Below are positions 11,522 through 21,741 of a stretch of 64,000 bases of DNA, piece by piece. The notes under the pieces are model-generated. The model searched no databases. It was not told the origin of the DNA and saw only the letters and a program-made list of their open reading frames with translations. The first letter of the stretch is position 1. The number at the start of each line of letters is the position of its first letter. The stretch is from Fidelibacterota bacterium (GTDB taxonomy: Bacteria; Fidelibacterota; Marinisomatia; Marinisomatales; TCS55): NCBI GenBank assembly GCA_046861385.1, contig JBHHTW010000004.1:32001-96000 (forward strand), written 5' to 3'. A program made the translations under genes and the position numbers.

Positions 11522-12091
11522 ATGATTCCCGTTTCTGCATTTATCCTTATCGGTGGTAACAGCAAGCGGTTTGGTTCTCCCAAATGGCAGGCGAAAATCA
11601 AGGATATATCAGTATTAGATATAATTTGGAAGACATGTGAAATATTTCAATCGAGATACATTATTGGAAAAGAATCGCCGGATGAATGCCAAAAGCCCTT
11701 TCTAGAGGATCTTTTGGAGATTCAAGCCCCTATCAATGGATTATACACTGCCCTGTCCCATTCAAAAACAGATTGGATTTTTCTTATCTCCTGTGACTTG
11801 CCATTAACCAACCAAACTATTTTACAAGAATTACATGATAAAAATAATCATCATGCTGATGTGATTATTCCCCTAATCAATAAAAGAGCGCAAGTAACCT
11901 GTGCGTTCTATCATAAAAGAATATTATCCTTCGTCACCCATCGTATTTCACAGAAAAAATACAGCCTAACAGACTTAGTCGAATCTATTAATACTCAATG
12001 GATCAATATGGATCATTATGAAATTGAATTCACAAATATGAACACCAGAAAAGATTATGAAACCATCCGGGAAATATTAAAAGCACCTTAA
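11522..12091 (+). CDS. mobA: Molybdenum cofactor guanylyltransferase
   Basis: ILIGGNSKRFGSPK, PINGL, SCDLP, FTNMNT motifs; divergent from the nar operon. Confidence 0.88.
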   Translation: MIPVSAFILIGGNSKRFGSPKWQAKIKDISVLDIIWKTCEIFQSRYIIGKESPDECQKPFLEDLLEIQAPINGLYTALSHSKTDWIFLISCDLPLTNQTILQELHDKNNHHADVIIPLINKRAQVTCAFYHKRILSFVTHRISQKKYSLTDLVESINTQWINMDHYEIEFTNMNTRKDYETIREILKAP

Positions 12092-12197
12092 ATTATGTGA
12101 GTGAATTCTTTGAGTTAATTGGTGACAATATTCGTTATACATTTAATCAAATTATGGACGAGAAATAAAATTATTTGAGAGAATTAAGGTATTCAAC

Positions 12198-13100
12198 ATG
12201 AGTTTAGATAAATATTCTTACGAAAGAATTATTGATAATCTTCACGACGGATTATACTTTGTTGATAAAAACAGAGTCATCACCTACTGGAACAGGGCGG
12301 CAGAACAAATTTCCGGTTTTTCTTCAGAAGAAGTGGTGGGCCGGTCCTGTGCCGATAATATCCTGACCCATATAGACAGCGACGGCAATAATCTCTGTAC
12401 GGGCATCTGTCCCCTGGCAGCAACCATATTAGACAAACAACCTCGGGAAACGGAAATTTATATGCATCACAAGGATGGGCACCGGATTCCCGTTTCTGTT
12501 CGGGTCAGTGCTTTGACCAATGCGGCCGGAAAGGTGTTGGGAGGAGTCGAATTATTTACCGATATCAGTAACCAGTCGGCCAACCAGCTGAGAGTGAAAG
12601 AGCTCGAAAAATTAGCCTTGCTCGATAACCTGACTCAGCTGGCAAACAGAAATTATATTGAAAAAGAAATTCATGGGAGGTTTGAAGAGAAAAAACGGTT
12701 AAATGTCCCTTTTGGAATTTTATTCATGGATATTGACCATTTTAAGAATTTTAATGATACCTATGGTCATGATGTGGGAGATAAAGTACTACAATTCGTC
12801 GCCAATACATTCGTATCCAACTCCCGGCCTTACGATCTTTACGGACGCTGGGGCGGAGAAGAATTTTTGGGTATTATCCGGAATATTACAGCCCCGGACC
12901 TTGAACACCTTGGGAATAAAGTCCGGTCTTTGATTGAACATTCCTACATATCCCATGGAGATAATAAACTCAATGTCACTATTTCCATTGGCGCTACACT
13001 CGTAAAAGCAGACGATACCATTGAAAGCGTCATCAAACGGGCAGACACCTTACTCTATCAAAGCAAAGCAGCCGGAAGAAACAGACTGGTACTTGGGTAA
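12198..13100 (+). CDS. PAS-domain diguanylate cyclase
   Basis: N-terminal PAS (ITYWNRAAEQISGF), DIDHFKNFNDTYGH and RWGGEEF, with RPYD I-site. Confidence 0.93.
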   Translation: MSLDKYSYERIIDNLHDGLYFVDKNRVITYWNRAAEQISGFSSEEVVGRSCADNILTHIDSDGNNLCTGICPLAATILDKQPRETEIYMHHKDGHRIPVSVRVSALTNAAGKVLGGVELFTDISNQSANQLRVKELEKLALLDNLTQLANRNYIEKEIHGRFEEKKRLNVPFGILFMDIDHFKNFNDTYGHDVGDKVLQFVANTFVSNSRPYDLYGRWGGEEFLGIIRNITAPDLEHLGNKVRSLIEHSYISHGDNKLNVTISIGATLVKADDTIESVIKRADTLLYQSKAAGRNRLVLG

Positions 13101-13219
13101 TTTCCAGTTAATGATAAACATAATAACAATTAATTGAAATGTCAGCTGAAGGTGTTTATTAGTGTTGATACTGATATAGGCTCCCTGGCCATAGTCGATT
13201 TAATGAATGGATAGGAACA

Positions 13220-13657
13220 TCACCTGTCCAGTTTTTCAATCCGCCGCTGGTGCCTCCCCCCTTCAAAGGGTTCCTTCAGCCATAATTCAATAATACGAAA
13301 AATGTCAGATTCCGTCATAAAGCGGGCTCCTAAAGACAGGACATTGGCATCATTGTGTTGGCGGGATAATCTGACAATTTCATCCGGTCCGTTATAAAAA
13401 ACCGCAGTCCGAACACCTTTAATCCGGTTTGCAGCCATGGCCTCCCCCTGCCCCGATCCGCCTAAAATAATGCCTTTACTTTCTGGATCAGACGCCACTG
13501 CTTTTGCGCAGGGAATTATAAAATCAGGGTAGTCATCCTGGGAATCAAATTCAAATGCGCCATGGTCCGTCACCTCATGGCTTTTTTCAGTTAAATATGA
13601 TTTGATGGCATTTTTAAGTTCCAGGCCTGCGTGGTCAGTTGCTAAATGTATTTTCAT
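13220..13657 (-). CDS. rpiB: Ribose-5-phosphate isomerase B
   Basis: DHAG, DDYPD, GGSGQGE, RQHNDANVL, FEGGRHQRR. Confidence 0.93.
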   Translation of the reverse strand: MKIHLATDHAGLELKNAIKSYLTEKSHEVTDHGAFEFDSQDDYPDFIIPCAKAVASDPESKGIILGGSGQGEAMAANRIKGVRTAVFYNGPDEIVRLSRQHNDANVLSLGARFMTESDIFRIIELWLKEPFEGGRHQRRIEKLDR

Positions 13658-13720
13658 ATTTTTTATGTGTTACGGTGTTGAAGTGTTTAAGTTGGGTATC
13701 TTTGGAAAGTATCGTGTTTA

Positions 13721-15748
13721 TCATAGTAATTTTTTCAGGTGGTTCCTGATTTTTTCTTCTACCTGATCCGGTGTAAACCCGAATTCCTTTTCCAGGTCAT
13801 TGGCCGGAGCAGAAGCGCCATAATGATCCAATCCGATGGAAAGTCCGGCCGGACCTATAAACCGTTCCCAGCCGAGAGTGATACCAGCTTCCATAGATAT
13901 TTTCATACAACCTCTGGATGGAATAACAGTTTCCCGGTAATCTTCTGGTTGATCCAGAAATAATTCCCAGCAGGGCAGACTGACAATCCGGATTCTTTTA
14001 TCTTTCATGACTTCAGCGGTGGAAACGGCCAGTGAAACTTCCGAGCCAGTGGCAATGAAGACCAGCTCAGGATGACCATTGCAATCCTGATAAATATAAC
14101 CGCCCCTATGAATCCCTGCCTTTATTTTCTCAAGTGGTAAATTCGAAACAGGTACGCCCTGGCGGGTTAACAATAATGCAGACGGTGCTTTTTTTAATTG
14201 TAATGCTTTTTCAAAACAGGCGGCTGTTTCTTTGGCGTCAGCGGGGCGGAATACATAAAAGTTCGGGATAGTGCGAAGTGCCATGGTATGTTCTACCGGT
14301 TGATGGGTCGGACCGTCCTCCCCCACATAAAAAGAATCGTGGGTAAATTCATGAATTGCCCGCACTTTCTGCAACGCTCCCAATCGGAGGGCAGGTCGGG
14401 AATAATCGGAAAAAACAAGAAACGTTCCCCCAAAAGGAATCACTCCTCCGTGTAAACTCATGCCATTTATCATGGCAGCCACGGGAAATTCCCGAACCCC
14501 AAAAGCAAAATTTCGGCCGCTAGGATTTGTTTTCGAAAAATCGCCATATTTTTTTGCAAAATTTCCTGTGTAATTAGACGGTTCCAGATCGGCAGATCCC
14601 CCCACCAGGTGGGGAAGCTGTTTGGCAAAGGACTCCAGGACACTACCAAAGGCTTTCCGGGTGGCTACCGATGTTCCTTCTTCAAATTCCGGATACACCA
14701 ACGAAGGTATCTCGTCTCCAATAGCCAGTTTCCAATTGTCATGAAAAGATTCATTCCCCTGAGCAGATTTTAATGTATTTTTCCATTCAGTAACGGATAG
14801 TCTCAATGGTTCAAACCGGGACTGAAAATGAGCAATACATTGTTCCGGTACATAGAAGGATTTTTCCGGTAAATTCCATTTTTCTTTGGTGGCTGAAATC
14901 TCTTCATGAGGCAGAGGTGCACCATGGGTTTGATAATCCCCCTCCATGTTGGCGGTTCCCCTGGCCATCACTGTTTTACCAATGATGATACTGGGCTGAA
15001 GAATGACTTGTGCTTTTTCAATGGCGTCCCTGATCGCCGCATGATCGTGGCCGTTAATCTCCTGGACATGCCAGTTGAAACCTTCAAATACCATCGACAT
15101 TTGCGTTGAATCGGACCGACTTACCTTTCCGGAAATTTGGGCATCATTGGCATCGTAGTACAGGATCAGATTCGATAATTCCCAATGCCCGGCTAAGGCG
15201 GCTGCTCCTAAGGCCACCGGTTCCTGGAGGTCTCCATCGCCGCATAAAACATAAGTGAAGTGGGTAAAAAGTTCTTCTGCCTTATCGGATGTTTTTATAA
15301 ATAATTCTTTCACGACCGTTTCCGCCACCGCCATTCCAACTCCCATACAAACCCCCTGTCCCAGAGGACCTGAAGTGGCTTCCACTCCTTTGAGATCCAC
15401 CTCCGGGTGGCCGGGGGTCCGGCTTCCAAACTGACGGAAATTTTTTATTTCATTCAGAGGTAGCCAACCCATGAAATGAAGAAGTGAATAGAGAAGCATG
15501 GACTCATGACCGGCAGAAAGAATAAACCGATCCCGATTGAACCATTGGTCGTCATCTGGATCAAACCGTAGATATTCCTTAAACAGAATATAGGCAAAAT
15601 CAGCAGAAGATAAGGGACCTCCCGAATGGCCGGAGTTGGCATTCCGCACGCCATCTAAAATTAGCGATTTGATAACATTAAGTGTAAATTGGTCCTTCTC
15701 TTCCATGGTCCAGGATTCAAAAGAATTCACCTCTTTATACGTTTTCAT
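13721..15748 (-). CDS. tkt: Transketolase
   Basis: NSGHSGG, TPGHPE, GDGDLQE, THDSFYVGEDGPTHQP. Confidence 0.95.
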   Translation of the reverse strand: MKTYKEVNSFESWTMEEKDQFTLNVIKSLILDGVRNANSGHSGGPLSSADFAYILFKEYLRFDPDDDQWFNRDRFILSAGHESMLLYSLLHFMGWLPLNEIKNFRQFGSRTPGHPEVDLKGVEATSGPLGQGVCMGVGMAVAETVVKELFIKTSDKAEELFTHFTYVLCGDGDLQEPVALGAAALAGHWELSNLILYYDANDAQISGKVSRSDSTQMSMVFEGFNWHVQEINGHDHAAIRDAIEKAQVILQPSIIIGKTVMARGTANMEGDYQTHGAPLPHEEISATKEKWNLPEKSFYVPEQCIAHFQSRFEPLRLSVTEWKNTLKSAQGNESFHDNWKLAIGDEIPSLVYPEFEEGTSVATRKAFGSVLESFAKQLPHLVGGSADLEPSNYTGNFAKKYGDFSKTNPSGRNFAFGVREFPVAAMINGMSLHGGVIPFGGTFLVFSDYSRPALRLGALQKVRAIHEFTHDSFYVGEDGPTHQPVEHTMALRTIPNFYVFRPADAKETAACFEKALQLKKAPSALLLTRQGVPVSNLPLEKIKAGIHRGGYIYQDCNGHPELVFIATGSEVSLAVSTAEVMKDKRIRIVSLPCWELFLDQPEDYRETVIPSRGCMKISMEAGITLGWERFIGPAGLSIGLDHYGASAPANDLEKEFGFTPDQVEEKIRNHLKKLL

Positions 15749-16404
15749 TTGGTATCCAGAGATGTAAATGTTTTCATGATACTCATTGGATTATCGGCGT
15801 TAAAAATTTCTGAACCGACCACTAGAATTTCAGCCCCGGCATCCAATACTTCTTTTGCATTAATGAGTTTAATGCCCCCATCCACTTCAATATTTACACG
15901 ATCTTCCAGACGGTGTTCAATCAAAAGTTGATTCAATTTTTCAATTTTATCCAACGATTCCGGAATAAATCCCTGGCCTCCAAATCCGGGCTCAACACTC
16001 ATAATCAGCACCAGATCCACTTGGTCTATGTATGCTTCAATATCGGACAGTGGCGTTTTTGGTTTCAAAGAAATCCCCACATTTTTTCCAGTATCCCGAA
16101 TCAACTGGATGATATCCTCAGGCCGATCGGTCGCTTCAATATGAAACGTGATATTATCAGCTCCTGCAAAAGCAAATGATTCCACTAGTTTTTCCGGTTG
16201 AACCACCATCATATGAACATCAATCACTTTTTTTGTTAAGGGACGTAAGGATTTCACCACAGGAGGACCGATGGTGAGATTAGGAACAAATTGGTTGTCC
16301 ATGACATCTACATGAATCCAATGAGCCCCTCCTGCCCTGCATTGGTCCATTGCCTCTGCCAGGTAAGCAAAATTCGCCGATAAAATGGATGGAGCCAGTT
16401 TCAT
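15745..16404 (-). CDS. rpe: Ribulose-phosphate 3-epimerase
   Basis: APSILSA, HVDVMD, MSVEPGFGGQ, EVDGG. Confidence 0.96.
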   Translation of the reverse strand: MKLAPSILSANFAYLAEAMDQCRAGGAHWIHVDVMDNQFVPNLTIGPPVVKSLRPLTKKVIDVHMMVVQPEKLVESFAFAGADNITFHIEATDRPEDIIQLIRDTGKNVGISLKPKTPLSDIEAYIDQVDLVLIMSVEPGFGGQGFIPESLDKIEKLNQLLIEHRLEDRVNIEVDGGIKLINAKEVLDAGAEILVVGSEIFNADNPMSIMKTFTSLDTK

Positions 16405-16564
16405 TCAAAACCACCTTTTAATATTAAAATTAATCCCAATATTTATTTTCCAGACTTTATTAAGTTAAATGAATTATTTTTTTGAATTTAAATTACCATA
16501 AAATTTATTCCATCCACTGTCCAAAGGCACATTATATTTCTAATCAATTTATCACGCATATCCC

Positions 16565-17260
16565 ATGACTACAACCAAACAGCCAAAAAAAATATCCGCC
16601 ATTATTTTTGATTTGGACGGTACACTTCTTGATACATTGGAAGATATCGCCCAATCCATGAATCGTGTATTGAAACGTCACGGTTATGCCGCCCATCCGG
16701 TTGAAGATTACAGAGTTTTTGTTGGAGAGGGATTAAAGCCTTTGGCTGAAAAAGCTATTCAGCAGAGTGCCCATTCGGAGGAGTCGGCAGACGAATTGTA
16801 TGAAGAATTATTTAAAGAATATGAATTATCTATGGAACATCATACCACCTGTTATGAAGGAATTCATGAGATGCTGGATGATTTATTTTCAAAACAAATT
16901 CCCATGGCAATTCTTTCCAATAAACAGGATCATTTGACTCAAAAACTTGCCAAAACCTATTTATCCAAATGGCCTTTCAGAATCATCAGTGGATCCCATA
17001 AGAATTATCCCAAAAAACCCAACGCTGCCCTGGCATTAGACATTGCCAATCGGTTGGGAGGAAAAAATGAAGAGTGTATATTTATTGGTGATACGGAAAC
17101 GGATATTCAGACAGCCAAAAATGGGGGAATGTTTTCAATCGGTGCGGAGTGGGGGTTTAGAAACAAAGAAATATTATTAAATGCAGGCGCTGATTTTATT
17201 GCAGAAAAACCGGGAGAAATTTCAGAATTTATTTCAGGGTATTATCCGAATAATGAATAA
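16565..17260 (+). CDS. HAD-superfamily phosphatase (phosphoglycolate phosphatase-like)
   Basis: FDLDGTL, LSNK, KKP, IGDTETD motifs. Confidence 0.88.
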   Translation: MTTTKQPKKISAIIFDLDGTLLDTLEDIAQSMNRVLKRHGYAAHPVEDYRVFVGEGLKPLAEKAIQQSAHSEESADELYEELFKEYELSMEHHTTCYEGIHEMLDDLFSKQIPMAILSNKQDHLTQKLAKTYLSKWPFRIISGSHKNYPKKPNAALALDIANRLGGKNEECIFIGDTETDIQTAKNGGMFSIGAEWGFRNKEILLNAGADFIAEKPGEISEFISGYYPNNE

Positions 17261-17269
17261 AAATGAATT

Positions 17270-18466
17270 TTAATTCGTAATCTCCCTGAATACGCGCTTA
17301 AAATTCCCACCAAGAATTTTCTGGACGTCCGATTTAGAAAATCCTCTGGCCAATAACTTTTCAGTAATAACCGGAAGGTTGGTCACATCCTCCATACCGG
17401 TTGGCATCACTTCTACCCCGTCCCAGTCGGCCCCCAGGCCAACATGATCTATGCCCATGACCATGGATAAATAGGCAATATGATCGATGATCATATCTAC
17501 GGAAGGTGCTACTTTTTGTAAGGCCGGTAGTAACATTTGATTTTCTTTATACCAATATTCGTCACCATCGGGATCATAAAGGGCTGAAAGAGAATCAATT
17601 TGAGGTTGAAACGATTCCCGGATCACTTTCGCTTTTTCCCGGAAAGTACTGTCAATATAAGATGGATAATAATTCACAAAAACAACACCGCCAATTTCTT
17701 TAATAGCAATCAATTGGTCATCTTTTAAATTTCTGAAATGAGGGCAGAGATAATAGGCAGATGAATGGGAAGCAATAATGGGTTTGGTGGTTGTATGAAT
17801 AATATCCCAAAACGTTTTTTCACCTGAGTGAGAAACATCCACCATAATTCCCAATTCATTGCAACGACGAATAACTTCTTTTCCAAAACCGGTTAATCCA
17901 ATAAATGCCAGGGAATCTTTGTTCAGTGTTTCGTCTTTTGCAGAAGTGGCCCAATCGGTCGAATTATTCCACGTAATACTGAGATATCTCATTCCTCGGG
18001 AATACAATGAATCCAAATTAATCAATTTATTTTCAATGGCATGGCCTCCTTCCACACCAATCATACATGAAAGAACCCCCCGTTGATCATTATAAATAAT
18101 TTCCTGATAATTTCTGGTAATGGACCATTTTCCTCCAGTTTGATCACATAAATTTTCCAGATGGGTAATCATTTTATTTGCCTGTTCAAAAGAGTCCTCC
18201 GGTTTAAATTCATATGGACTCACCCAAACAGAGAAAATTTCCAGATCCATTCCCCCTTTTTGAAACTTGACTAAATCCGATTGACTGTCTGGAAGTTCGG
18301 TTAAAATATCCTCGCCAATCATAGACCGGAGCAATACATCATTATGGGTATCTGCCACAAAAGAATTGAAATGAAATTCCTTATTACTGATCTTGCAGGA
18401 GTTCAAGAATAAAAGGATCATGATGGAATATATTAATTGTTTCATTCTGTAAATCATCACAGTCAC
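17270..18466 (-). CDS. Membrane dipeptidase (peptidase M19), probable lipoprotein
   Basis: DTHND, GVEGGH, MVDVSH, IASHSS, GLGADWDG; LNSC lipobox-like segment. Confidence 0.9.
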   Translation of the reverse strand: MTVMIYRMKQLIYSIMILLFLNSCKISNKEFHFNSFVADTHNDVLLRSMIGEDILTELPDSQSDLVKFQKGGMDLEIFSVWVSPYEFKPEDSFEQANKMITHLENLCDQTGGKWSITRNYQEIIYNDQRGVLSCMIGVEGGHAIENKLINLDSLYSRGMRYLSITWNNSTDWATSAKDETLNKDSLAFIGLTGFGKEVIRRCNELGIMVDVSHSGEKTFWDIIHTTTKPIIASHSSAYYLCPHFRNLKDDQLIAIKEIGGVVFVNYYPSYIDSTFREKAKVIRESFQPQIDSLSALYDPDGDEYWYKENQMLLPALQKVAPSVDMIIDHIAYLSMVMGIDHVGLGADWDGVEVMPTGMEDVTNLPVITEKLLARGFSKSDVQKILGGNFKRVFREITN

Positions 18467-18792
18467 TCCTTTTTATTTTCCCATAAGTTGAATACTAAAT
18501 CGTATGGATCACGCATATAACAGTCATTTCCTTTTCCTTCCCATTTAACAACTGTACATCCATTATTTACTAAATATTTTCTGGCGGTTTCAACATCATA
18601 AACGCTGAATTCTATCACCGTTCCCCGTAAATTACCATTTTCCATGATATATAAATTCATATCACCGCTTTGAATATGAAGATGGTTTTCTTCATTTTTT
18701 GTATCCAAATCCATCACATTTTTATAAAACAATTCTGATTCCCTCCAGTCCGGATGCTGAAGAGCGATTTGATGGCTCATTTCAAATTTCAT
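18463..18792 (-). CDS. VOC/glyoxalase-family protein
   Basis: Probable start at MKFEMSHQIAL (18792), directly after the upstream gene; FYKNVM...YMRDPYDLVFNL VOC pattern. Confidence 0.7.
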   Translation of the reverse strand: MKFEMSHQIALQHPDWRESELFYKNVMDLDTKNEENHLHIQSGDMNLYIMENGNLRGTVIEFSVYDVETARKYLVNNGCTVVKWEGKGNDCYMRDPYDLVFNLWENKKE

Positions 18793-18793
18793 A

Positions 18794-19441
18794 TTAATCT
18801 CCCATTGATTTAGCCAATTGTGCAAAACTTTCAGAAAAATTTTCTTCAGAAACAAATATGGGCGCTTGGTAACGAATGGTAATATCTGAAAAGAAAAATG
18901 GAATTCGTTTTTTATCCCATTGATACCAAATACGAAAAGAATGACTGCATTCGACCCGAACGGGGATAATGGGGGCTCCGGACTGCATCGACATATGCAG
19001 AACACCTTTTTTAATCACTTTAACAGGACCTTCCGGGCCATCGGGTGTAATGCAGCAAGCGTACCCCTTTTTAACTTCCTCAACAATTTTATCAGCCGCC
19101 TCTCTACCGCTATGTCCGGCTGAACCTAAAATAACTTTCACACCTTGCCATCGCAAAGCCAATATGATCTTATACATAAACCACAATGGATGACTAAACT
19201 GAACGTAATGATCCACATTTTTCTGCGCTAACCAATACATAGGCCCTTTATAATGCCAAATAGATTCGATTCGAGAAGGATATGGTTTAACAAATTCCAG
19301 TCCTTCAAAATGAATCGTGCAGGAATGCAAAACTCCCCATCGATAAAACGTAATCAGTAGAGCGCCCATATAAGAAGACAGGTAGTAAAATGGCTTGAAC
19401 CATAAGGGAATTTTAGTCACTTCATAATTCAATTTGAACAT
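18794..19441 (-). CDS. DUF374 / lysophospholipid acyltransferase-like protein
   Basis: ITPDGPEGP...KKG...SGAPIIP and WDK..IP motifs. Confidence 0.75.
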   Translation of the reverse strand: MFKLNYEVTKIPLWFKPFYYLSSYMGALLITFYRWGVLHSCTIHFEGLEFVKPYPSRIESIWHYKGPMYWLAQKNVDHYVQFSHPLWFMYKIILALRWQGVKVILGSAGHSGREAADKIVEEVKKGYACCITPDGPEGPVKVIKKGVLHMSMQSGAPIIPVRVECSHSFRIWYQWDKKRIPFFFSDITIRYQAPIFVSEENFSESFAQLAKSMGD

Positions 19442-19474
19442 CTTAAATATCGTATGAAATCACGTATTGTTTTT

Positions 19475-19831
19475 TCAACCTCTAATCTCTTTTAACTGAA
19501 CCCAAGTTTTCTCTGATGCCGCCAATCGTTCTACTACTCTATCGCTTATTATTGTTGTATTAAATATTTCTTCTACATCGTTTAATGACACGTGAGTATA
19601 CCAAATATTATCAGGATAAATGACCAAGGCAGCACCCATTTCACAGGCATCCAGACATCCGCTCTTATTGGCTCTCACTATTCCTTTTAATCCATGTTGA
19701 TTAATAAGTTGGATGAATTTTAATCGGATTTCATTCCCTCCGCAACGGGCACAGTCTCCTTTAGGGTTATCCGGTGAACGTTCATTGATACAGATAAAGA
19801 TATGTTTTTTGTATTTTGGTTGGTTAGTCAT
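19475..19831 (-). CDS. Thioredoxin-like [2Fe-2S] ferredoxin
   Basis: HIFICINER...GDC, RANKSGCLDAC, VIYPDNIWY. Confidence 0.9.
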   Translation of the reverse strand: MTNQPKYKKHIFICINERSPDNPKGDCARCGGNEIRLKFIQLINQHGLKGIVRANKSGCLDACEMGAALVIYPDNIWYTHVSLNDVEEIFNTTIISDRVVERLAASEKTWVQLKEIRG

Positions 19832-19872
19832 TGATGTCTTTATTAGTTAAAACCATTTAATTGTAATTAATT

Positions 19873-20670
19873 TTATAAACCAAATCGTGCTCCGTCAACA
19901 GGAAAATCAGCCCCTGTAATATATCCTGATGCATCAGAGGCTAAAAAGGCGATCGCTGATGCTGTTTCTTCCGGTTGACCGATCCTGCGTAAAGAAACTT
20001 TTTTAGCCGTCAGCTCTACCATTTCATCGTAACGAATTCCATTTTCTTTTGCCTGATTTTGTAAAAGGTCTTTCAATCGATCCGTATCTGTGTACCCCGG
20101 TAAAATATTGTTTACTGTAATGTCATATTCACCTAACTCCAAAGCCAAAGTTTTTGCCCATTGCGCCACCGCTCCCCGGATGGTGTTGGAGATACCCAAA
20201 CCTGGAATCACTTGCATCACCGACATGGATATAATATTAATGATCCTGCCATGACCCAATTCCTTCATTCCCGGGACAACTACTTGAGCCAAGAATTGAT
20301 TGGAGATAACATGGCGATTAAAAGCAGCTTGAAATTCTTCTGCTTTCCCTTCAATAAGTGGGCCACCCTTAGGACCGCCCGTATTATTGATCAAAATATG
20401 AACCGGTCCTGTATCATTAATATGGTTCTCTGCTTTCTTCATAAGGTCATCTGGGTCGTTGAAATCAGCACAAATAAAACTATGTCCGTGCCCGGATAAT
20501 TTGTGCATTACTGACACAATTTTCTCCTGATTTCTCGCAGCCAATATAATCGAAGCTCCTCGTTCTGCCAATAACTGGGCAGTTGCTTTTCCAATACCGT
20601 CTGTGCTGCCGCAGACTAAGGCTCGTTTTCCTTTCAGGTTAAGATTCATATCTGTTTTTGGGTTGAACAA
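19873..20670 (-). CDS. SDR-family oxidoreductase (likely start 20649)
   Basis: GSTDGIG, LINNTGGP, TVNNILPG, ITGADFPVDG. Confidence 0.9.
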   Translation of the reverse strand: MFNPKTDMNLNLKGKRALVCGSTDGIGKATAQLLAERGASIILAARNQEKIVSVMHKLSGHGHSFICADFNDPDDLMKKAENHINDTGPVHILINNTGGPKGGPLIEGKAEEFQAAFNRHVISNQFLAQVVVPGMKELGHGRIINIISMSVMQVIPGLGISNTIRGAVAQWAKTLALELGEYDITVNNILPGYTDTDRLKDLLQNQAKENGIRYDEMVELTAKKVSLRRIGQPEETASAIAFLASDASGYITGADFPVDGARFGL

Positions 20671-20752
20671 TTCTGATAAGTGTATTTGAGGAATAAATTC
20701 GAGGTAGGATTTGGAAATTCATAATCTGGAAATTATAACAATTTTTCGTTAA

Positions 20753-20835
20753 TAGTGAGAGGTTACTGGTGGACTGACTGAATTCCACCATCCGGAACCA
20801 AACCGGGGTATCATGCAGCGAGTAACCTGATACTA
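20753..20835. ncRNA. Candidate structured RNA of unknown family
   Basis: Stems AGGTTACT/AGTAACCT, GGTGGA/TCCACC and CCGG/CCGG form a multi-way junction in a GC-rich island of AT-rich intergenic DNA. Confidence 0.4.
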
Positions 20836-20885
20836 CTCTTCAGAAACAAAATGTATTAACTTCCGCCCCATTTATAGGATAAATA

Positions 20886-21695
20886 ATGAAAGAAAAAGGT
20901 AAAGAACGATTTTACTTCGACTCGGATTTCGTTGGAAGTCCCGACGGGCGAACCCTTAGAATTTTAGCAGAATATTTTGGACCGCTACAGCGTTTCAGAC
21001 GGAATAAGATTGCAGATACTATTGTATTTTTTGGATCAGCTAGAATACAATCTCAAGAGGAAGCCCGGCAAGCATTAAAAGAAGCAGATAAAACTATTTC
21101 AAAAAAGAAATTGATGGACTTACAACGTAATTTGGACATGAGTCGATATTATGAAGATGCCCGCCAACTGGCTTATAGATTAACCAATTGGAGCATGGGT
21201 CTAAAAGAAAAAAAGAGACGGTTTATTATTTCTTCCGGAGGAGGCCCGGGGATCATGGAGGCTGCGAATCGAGGAGCATCAGAGGCAAAAGGATTAGCCG
21301 TTGGATTAAATATCACCCTGCCTTTTGAGCAATCGGGAAATAAATGGATTTCCAAAGACCTGAGTTTTTATTTTCATTATTTTTTTATGAGAAAATTCTG
21401 GTTTTTGTATTTAGCAAAGGCATTGGTTGTGTTCCCGGGAGGCTTTGGAACTTTGGACGAATTAATGGAAGTATTGACCTTGATCCAAACTGCAAAATTA
21501 CGGAAACGGGTTCCGGTGGTTATTTATGACAGCAATTTCTGGAAGAATGTGGTGAATTTTGACTATTTGGTGGAAAAAGGAACCGTGTCTGAAGAAGATA
21601 TGGAATTATTCCATTTTTCAGATTCAATTGATGATGCTTTCAACTACTTAACAACCGAAATTGTGAAAGCCCATTTGAAAGGAAAGAATTTTTAA
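20886..21695 (+). CDS. LOG-family protein (TIGR00730-like nucleotide phosphoribohydrolase)
   Basis: FFGSAR, GGGPGIMEAANRGA, FFMRK, PGGFGTLDE. Confidence 0.92.
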   Translation: MKEKGKERFYFDSDFVGSPDGRTLRILAEYFGPLQRFRRNKIADTIVFFGSARIQSQEEARQALKEADKTISKKKLMDLQRNLDMSRYYEDARQLAYRLTNWSMGLKEKKRRFIISSGGGPGIMEAANRGASEAKGLAVGLNITLPFEQSGNKWISKDLSFYFHYFFMRKFWFLYLAKALVVFPGGFGTLDELMEVLTLIQTAKLRKRVPVVIYDSNFWKNVVNFDYLVEKGTVSEEDMELFHFSDSIDDAFNYLTTEIVKAHLKGKNF

Positions 21696-21741
21696 CAGCT
21701 AACAATCTGGATAGCCCTCTCCCTGGTTTTATTCGCTTGCT

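Noticed and set aside
13120-13218. attC-like ends (TAACAATTAATTGAAAT ... ATTTAATGAATGGATAGG) after the GGDEF gene
   Set aside because: No proper GTTRRRY core, weak internal pairing, single copy and no integrase in the window.
20761-20828. Call as tRNA-Pro(TGG) or hammerhead ribozyme
   Set aside because: No D-stem, canonical T-loop or CCA; CTGACTGA lies in a hairpin loop with no GAAA core. Kept only as an unassigned structure.
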